NCBI GenBank assembly: GCA_964372235.1
Contig: CAYJQD010000003.1
Span: 1 to 43,928 of the forward strand
Length of the DNA stretch: 43,928 nt
Source of the DNA: an uncultured Methanosarcinales archaeon
Lineage (GTDB): Archaea > Nanobdellota > Nanobdellia > Woesearchaeales > GW2011-AR9
Direction: 5' to 3'
Each line of letters begins with the position of its first letter. Position 1 is the first letter of the stretch. A program made the translations under genes and the position numbers. The notes beneath the pieces are model-generated. The model had not been told where the DNA came from. It saw only the letters and a program-made list of their open reading frames with translations, and searched no databases. Shown piece by piece: positions 34,636 through 41,900 of this stretch.

Positions 34636-35310
34636 ATGGTACCCGAAATTCGTTTGCCTGCAAATGCAGTGAGAGACAAGCGATACAGACAAATTTTCAA
34701 CGACGTCATTAGAAACAAATCGTTGTTGGAGCAGCCTATTGCTCCGATAGAAATACCATGGGATTCTGATCTCGCCGCGCATATAGATGAGATAGCAAGA
34801 TGCAATAGATATAGACTTTTCAGAAAAAATAACCTTACACCAGACTTTTTTTTAATAGGTTACAATCAGGAATCTATGGATAAAACAGTATCCTTTCTTG
34901 AAGCCTTGGCATTGCAGGGAATATTTGAAACAAACTCATTTCTTGCCGAAGGTTACAATGGCAAAGCGCCATTGATCAGCCAAGTTAATCCTGTGACTAA
35001 CCCTAGATTAAATCGTGTATTTGCAACCCATCAAATAACCCCTAAAGGGAATGATCTATATTCTCTGCGGGAAAATCAATACAAATATTTTAGTTCTCAG
35101 AACGAAGATGAAGTATTAGCAGCCATAGACTGTTTGGTGAGGAGGGAACGGGATTATTTCTTACCCGCTATATTAAAAGAAAAAGAAAAACAAAGACCCG
35201 TCCTTTTTTTAGCTGACGTGGTACACACACTTTCCTCTAATTTTCCCATTGTGTTAAATAATAATGGAGTGACATATGCAGTGTGGGTGCCGCATCCTTT
35301 GAAAAAATAA
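34636..35310 (+). CDS. hypothetical protein
   Basis: The ATG lies 1 nt after the upstream stop. No motif recognised. Confidence 0.5.
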   Translation: MVPEIRLPANAVRDKRYRQIFNDVIRNKSLLEQPIAPIEIPWDSDLAAHIDEIARCNRYRLFRKNNLTPDFFLIGYNQESMDKTVSFLEALALQGIFETNSFLAEGYNGKAPLISQVNPVTNPRLNRVFATHQITPKGNDLYSLRENQYKYFSSQNEDEVLAAIDCLVRRERDYFLPAILKEKEKQRPVLFLADVVHTLSSNFPIVLNNNGVTYAVWVPHPLKK

Positions 35311-35315
35311 GAAAA

Positions 35316-35921
35316 ATGAAATACGCAATATTTTCAGATATACAAGGAAACTATAAAGCATTACGAAGATTTTTTGACGAAGTTAACCAAACTGTTGATC
35401 GATACCTCTGCCTTGGTGATATTGTACAAAATGGCAGCTCCTTTGAAGATAACTTGTGCATCGATCTTGTAAAAAAGCATGGATGTCTAGCTGTCCGGGG
35501 CAATCATGAAGATAGAGTTCTGGCCAATAGGGAGACATCAAGAAAAAAAATCTCCCTTGAAAATCTTGAATTTATTTCTTCCCTGCCTTCAGAATTAATA
35601 GTTGATAAAAAATTTTTCTTAGTACACGCCCCTTCAGGGAAAAGAATAGTTTCATCTAAACAAGCAGAGGAAGAATTTATTAAAATGCCTCAGGAGATTA
35701 CATTCTACTTATATGGACATTCGCATAAACCAATGCTTTTCAGCAAAGATGAAAGTAAAATAAAACAGGAAAGCATAGCTTATCATAACCAAAATTATTT
35801 ATCTCCTACCTCACAATATATGATTAATCCAGGAGGAGTTGGCCTTTACTTTGGTCTTCCGCAAACCTATATGATTTTTGATGACGATTCTAGAGAACTA
35901 TATTTCATCCGCCTTTCTTGA
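35316..35921 (+). CDS. metallophosphoesterase (calcineurin-like, YfcE/MJ0936-type)
   Basis: IFSDIQGN (motif I), CLGDIV (GD), VRGNHED (GNHE), HAP, GHSH. The ATG at 35316 lies 5 nt after the upstream stop. Confidence 0.75.
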   Translation: MKYAIFSDIQGNYKALRRFFDEVNQTVDRYLCLGDIVQNGSSFEDNLCIDLVKKHGCLAVRGNHEDRVLANRETSRKKISLENLEFISSLPSELIVDKKFFLVHAPSGKRIVSSKQAEEEFIKMPQEITFYLYGHSHKPMLFSKDESKIKQESIAYHNQNYLSPTSQYMINPGGVGLYFGLPQTYMIFDDDSRELYFIRLS

Positions 35922-35930
35922 TTAATTTCT

Positions 35931-38900
35931 TTAGCTACTGCTGCTCGAGGTGGGAAGCCTACCTTTGTCGATCCACTGATTGATAGGTTGATCAACCAAT
36001 GATTCGTCTATCAAATCCAGATCTATCTTTTCCAACATTTCCTGTTCCACATATTCAACCACTTGATCAGAAATTTTCCAGCCAGTAGTTCCCTTGGCTT
36101 TCTGAATATTAGTTATTTGGGAGCTAGCTTGCATACCTATAATTTTTCCTTTAGATTTATCGTATTGAAATTCAAACCCGAATGCTCTATTGGGCAGGTC
36201 AGCGATAAGATAATTATCATATTGTCCATCATATACTAAATCACCTTTCTCTCCTCCGATTATAGTTCCAAGAGCCTGCCTATGATGAGTTTTATCACTT
36301 TCAGTGAGGAAGACTACTTGGACCCTTCCATCGTCGTGTATGTAGGCAATCGCCTTCCCACCATAGATATCTTCTCCAAGGAATTCTAACTTATTTTGAA
36401 ACACTTCATCAACATTCTGTGGGCCGACACTATCATAAAGATTACTCACTGTTCCCTCGTATCCTTGAACAGTTGTAACTACTTTGGGCTCTGGAAGATC
36501 GGCAGGAGGCAATTCAAACACTATTTCTTCTGAAGGTAGATTCAGGGGTAAACAAGGCCCAGCTATAGATAGGCCTGCTATAGCTCCTCCAACCGCAGCT
36601 CTACCGACGGAGCAAGATTCAAGTTTAACTTCCGGTAATACTATCTGGCCTTCTTCTATCAACCTAGCCCTGCTTTGATCTAATTGCGCAATAATTTCAG
36701 CATCGTCAACTTCCTTATCAAACCATAACGTTCTTTTCTGCTTCCATTTTCCTTCTTCAAAGTAATAATCCTTACCGGCTATTTCAAACGCATTATCACC
36801 CTTTTGAATTACTGCCGCTTGAGCTTTAGGCACTCCTGCTTTTTCCCTTGCTTTGTTTAGAATTGCTACAGTTACCTCATCAGCTTCTTTATCTCCAAAT
36901 AGTGTGTCGACTAGACCTTCTCGCGGCTGCACCCATTTTCCTGTTTTGGTATCAAATATGTATTTACCAGTCGAAGTTTCAAAGAATCGTTCAGCATGCG
37001 TTCCCGGCATTTCTTTCGCTACTTTCTCAGGATCTATTCCTAACTTATACATCAACTGCAGCCGGCTATCTTCATTTCTGATAATATTCAGCACGTCAGG
37101 GGTAGCTTGATAACCAGCAGCGTGCATTGCTCTCTGCAGTTCAGCTATGTCAGCATTCTCAACTACGTCGGCAGAGCGAGGCAGCTCTTGTTTAAAGCGT
37201 ACTGCTTTCGCTTCAGGAATCTTGGTCGATACGAGTAACGGGTCAATCCCTTGCTCATACATTCTTCTTAGTTGGTGCTCTCCTGGCCTTATGTAAACCA
37301 ACACCTCCGGAGAAATATCGTAGCCAGTAGCATCCAAAGCGATCAATAATTCTTTTTGAGTCGCGCTCTGGACTGCTTCTGCAGCAGGAGTCAGATCACG
37401 TTTAAACGCTAGGGCGTTCTCTGCTCCAGAACGTGGAGCGGTCATGACATTATCAACCCATGCTTGTAACAATTCTTGTTTTTGTGCAGGTGTTCTTCCT
37501 TCCTTGAAACTCCAATCGGCGACATCGACGAACAAGACATCACCAGCTTGGTATTGTTTTCCCCCAAGGTGATGCGGTTCGGTCAGGACCATAGCCTGAA
37601 GATCATGCGGATTCCAGCCGGCATCTATCGCTCTGGCCAGATCCTGCGTAAATAGCTCAATCTTTTCTGGAGTAAAGTATTGAACTACTTCTTCATCGGT
37701 GAGATCAAAGAAGTGTCTCCCTTTTATTTTATCAGAAACTAAATATGGAACTCCGTCGACTTTGTATATCCCGTAATATTGAGGACAAGGCACCAGCTTG
37801 CATGCTTCCCTGGCTTTCTCAAATTCGATAAAAAGCCCATCCACATTTGACTCTAAATTTCCGCGCAATATTCGCTCACCGGGCAAGGCTTTAGCAGTCT
37901 TGAAAGCCAGATCATCTCCTACCCCAGGAAGGTCAGCTTCGTATACCAAGCCGACAGTTCCTTCTCCAAGTTTGTTGGTAAAGGCTACCTCAGCATCTTG
38001 CACCTGCACGGTAGGATGACGTTGTACTATCTTCTCTAAGTTGATCTTCTGTTGAGCATAGCCGCCCTTTACTGTGGCAATCTCCCGTGAGATCTGAGAA
38101 GGCGTTTCTACTTTTCTTTCCAAAAGAAGAGGTTCTGATTCAAAAAAACGTGGTTCTTTAATTCTTACGCCGGAAATATCCTCCGTTTTCCCAACAATCT
38201 CATCAAGAGTAGAATCACCTAATTCTTCTGCTGGCAATGGTTCTGCTGCTCTCGCCGCTGAACAAGAAGCTAATCCGTAAATGGCGCCGCCGGCAACTGC
38301 ACAAGGCTCTATTACATCTGATCTAACCCTTGGCCCTGATTCCCGTGGAATTGGCACATCTCCTAAACGAGAATCAAGATTTAGCCAGGGCTGGTCAGGA
38401 TTGATGCCATACTTCTCAAAAATTTGCCGTTTTATCTTATCAAATTCTGGACCGGTTTTTCCTCCGGTCACAGTATATATTTCAGTTAGCGCTTCAGCAC
38501 GAGCTTGTCCAAAAGAAGGTGCATTTACGTCTTTTGCCTGAATATATTTAATTTCATTTTCAGTAAGCCCTTTGTAGAACACATTTCCAGGATCTTCTGC
38601 CCAGGAGACACCTCTACCCACTGGCTTAGTAAACAGGGGAATTTCTTCATCTAACAACGTAGGGTTTATTCCTGCTAGGATTTTTTCTACTTGATCTTGG
38701 TGAGCAGCTTCAACATACAAGACAGTATTATCCGTTCGCCGGGCAAATGCCGCCTTATTTCTAGATGTCTTTATCTTAAATGGGATCTGCTGCTCGGTCA
38801 ATTCTCTTCCAACTTTTTCCAATATCACCTGAGAGGAATCAAAATTCTTAGAGTTTATGTAAAATCTAATTCTATTATTATGCGGCAGGTCTTCTACACT

Positions 38901-41900
38901 CTGAATGGCTATCCAACCTCCCTGTATTCCTCCTGGAGAAATATCGACTTTATCTGGATCTATTTTATTCTGCAGCCCAATAGAAGCATGAAGCTGGTTT
39001 ACTTTGCCTTCTTCAATAATATTTGGAGATGTTTTGTGATTATAACTGTCGTAGAAATGTTTGAAGATTTCTTCATCAGATTTTCCTTGCAGGTTAGCTA
39101 AATTTTTATTTTCAAAAATATCTTTCACATTTTGCGGCTTAGGAGCAGCCGTGACGACTTCACCTTCTCTTTGTAAAGTATCAAAATTCAGATCTGTTTT
39201 TCTGAAACGTACCGTGTCTCCGTTAGCATACGTGAGGCGAAAAAATTCAGAATCCTCTCCGGCGTATTTGCCTGCATAAGGCCTGCCACTAGTTCCAGCA
39301 ATCCTTATCTGATCTCCTTCTTTGATAATACTGCTTTGATCTAATCTATCGATACGCAAGGTATTTGTCTCTGGTTTACTGCCGAGCAGTCCAAAGAATC
39401 TCTCTTTCTCACCCGTTTGAATAGTTATCAATTGCTCATCAGCTTTCAGATATTTACCACCGTACGAATTTCCACTTTTGGAACGAACGCGGAAAGATTG
39501 TCCTTCTTCGAGATCGGCGATGGCTCTTTGATTCGTCTCAACTGGCGGCGCAGTTATTTTTTCAGGAGCTGCTCCCGGTCTGGCGGCTGGCGCTCCCGGA
39601 CACGGCGCTAGACCATAAATCGCTCCGCCGGCAACGGCGCAAGAGTCAACCACATCAGAAACGCCTCTGCCGGTCCTTTCTCTTTTGGCCTTTTGAAAGG
39701 TAGTAAAGTCTATGTCAAACCCGCCGCCGGTAAGTGCTTCTCTTACTTTTTCATCATAAACCTGCCGGAGTAAGGATGGTTCGCCCGGTATTGCAAATCC
39801 TGCGTCTAGAACCTTTGCTTCCAATTTTCCTTCAGGCGTTTTGGTAAGGATGATGTTGCCCCAATGGAAATCTCCAATTTCTATGTTTTCAGCTACCAAA
39901 TCATCAGCAAGCGTATCAACAGCTTCAACTACATCATCGAATTGGCCTTGCGCTTCTGCTCTCAAGAGGATTGCTTCTCCTTCAACGTCATTGGCTAATC
40001 TGTACTCTTCTAACTGTTGCGGCGTTAATCTTTCACGTATAGTCTGAGCTAAAGTCTGACCTTCAATTTTTTCAGCAATGTAATAAGTATCTTCAGCCTG
40101 ATAAACTCGCGGAGCTGCACCGCGATCTGCGAGGCGATTCAAAAAGTCAGCTTGTTCAGGGAACGTATTAGCAGCACCTTCTAAAGACCTATCAATATTT
40201 CTAACTTTTATAATTGCCGGTTTTTCGACATTAGGTAAATTGACCCTTACCGCTTCTGGAATTTCTAGAACCACACCTTCACCACCGCTACCAAGAAGTA
40301 ATTTTTCCTTATTGACTAATTTTTCCAAATCTGATTCAGGTATTCGAGAGCCAGGATGTGTATCTAATACATCGACAATTTCATTCCAGTCGTCCTGCCC
40401 CTGAACTCGCGGGGGAAGATTTACTTGTTTTTGAGGAGCACTGATTGGTACTTCGGCGGTAGCGATATCTGGGACTCCTGGTTTAGTGATGACTTGAACA
40501 CCTTCTTTTCTAGTCTTTAGATCTTTAGTAGTCTGCTCTACAATTTCTTCAAGATCAATTTTTTCCGGAGCTTCTTCGACCTTAGCCGATGGAGTTTCAG
40601 CGACAGTTCTTGCGCACGGAGCTAATCCATAGATCGCTGCAGCGGCTAAACTACATGGATTAACTGCTTCAGTTTTTGCTCCATTCAATACCTCATCAGT
40701 TTTTCTTCCAGGACTATTGATCAAATCTTCTGCTTTCCTAACTTCTCCCAAGAATTCTTCTTTAGTAACTAACTTTCCATCAATGCGAACTCCTTCAAAA
40801 CGTACTCCGTCGATATCTATTGTCTCAATTGGAACGTCGTCAAGATTGTATCGTAATCTTCCGTCAGGAGCTAACTCCCAGCGCGCTCCTAATGGTTCAA
40901 GCTGAGTACGTAAAGAATCGAGTTCGTCTGGAATGATTTGTGGACCGGCGACTCCCACTGCTTCTAATCTTCTTGCTTTGACGTCATTGGCTGCAACATA
41001 TTCACTATTAGCAAGATCTTCTAAAAGCATCTCTTCTAGTTCTGCTTCTGCTCTTGCCTCAGTAGTGTCTATCCTCCGTAAAATTTCATTTCCTTCTTCC
41101 ACTTCTATCCGCAATTGAGGAGGAGCATCTTCAGGAACTTCAAAACGCAGTCCTGTTCCTTCTGGTTCGACGCGCACAGCAGGATTACTTGCCAACTCAT
41201 CAAGTTTAGCAACTCCCTCTGCGCCAACTGCATCATACACCTCATCTCCCTCCCTTGAAACTTCTGCTTGTTGCAATCTCTCACCTAATGCAGATTTGCT
41301 TCGCTCAAACTTCCTATTAAGATACGCATCATCTACTTTCTGAGCTGCAACTTCCAAATTTTCCTTAGCCGCATCTAACTTGGTTCTGGAAAGAATTGCT
41401 TCCGGAGTATCTCCCACTAGTTGTGCATTTTTGCTCGCATCCGCAAATTCATCTGCCACTCGTCTAAATTCATCCTCTGCTCTCAAGACTTCTTCTCCAG
41501 GACCATCACCAAGTACTTTTCCAAACGTAGAATCCCAAGCTCTTCTTACCACGTCCTTATTCGGTCCAGCGATATTTGATACCCGTAATAAATCATCTAA
41601 CTCGTCAATGTTCTCAGTTGATTGCACTAGTGCTTCCTGAGCATCAGAAATTTTAACTAAGGATTGTCCTTCTGCAACAGTATCGCCGCTGGCGCGTGCT
41701 GCTGCTAACTCCCGTTGCGCTTGGTTAAGATTTTGAGTCTGAGTTGCAATATTATCAATTTCAACATTTCTAGCCTTGGCTATATCACGATCAAATTTAC
41801 CAAGAGGAGTATTTATTACTCTCTTGAATTTCTGATATTTGCTGGCTTCCCAACCCGCTATGATTTCCGCTTGAAGCGCTTCTTTAGCGGCATCAAACGC

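Noticed and set aside
34268-34805. Three overlapping minus-strand ORFs (85-131 aa) opposite the TPR and hypothetical genes
   Set aside because: They overlap one another in different frames and are antisense to a tightly spaced plus-strand operon. No motifs recognised.
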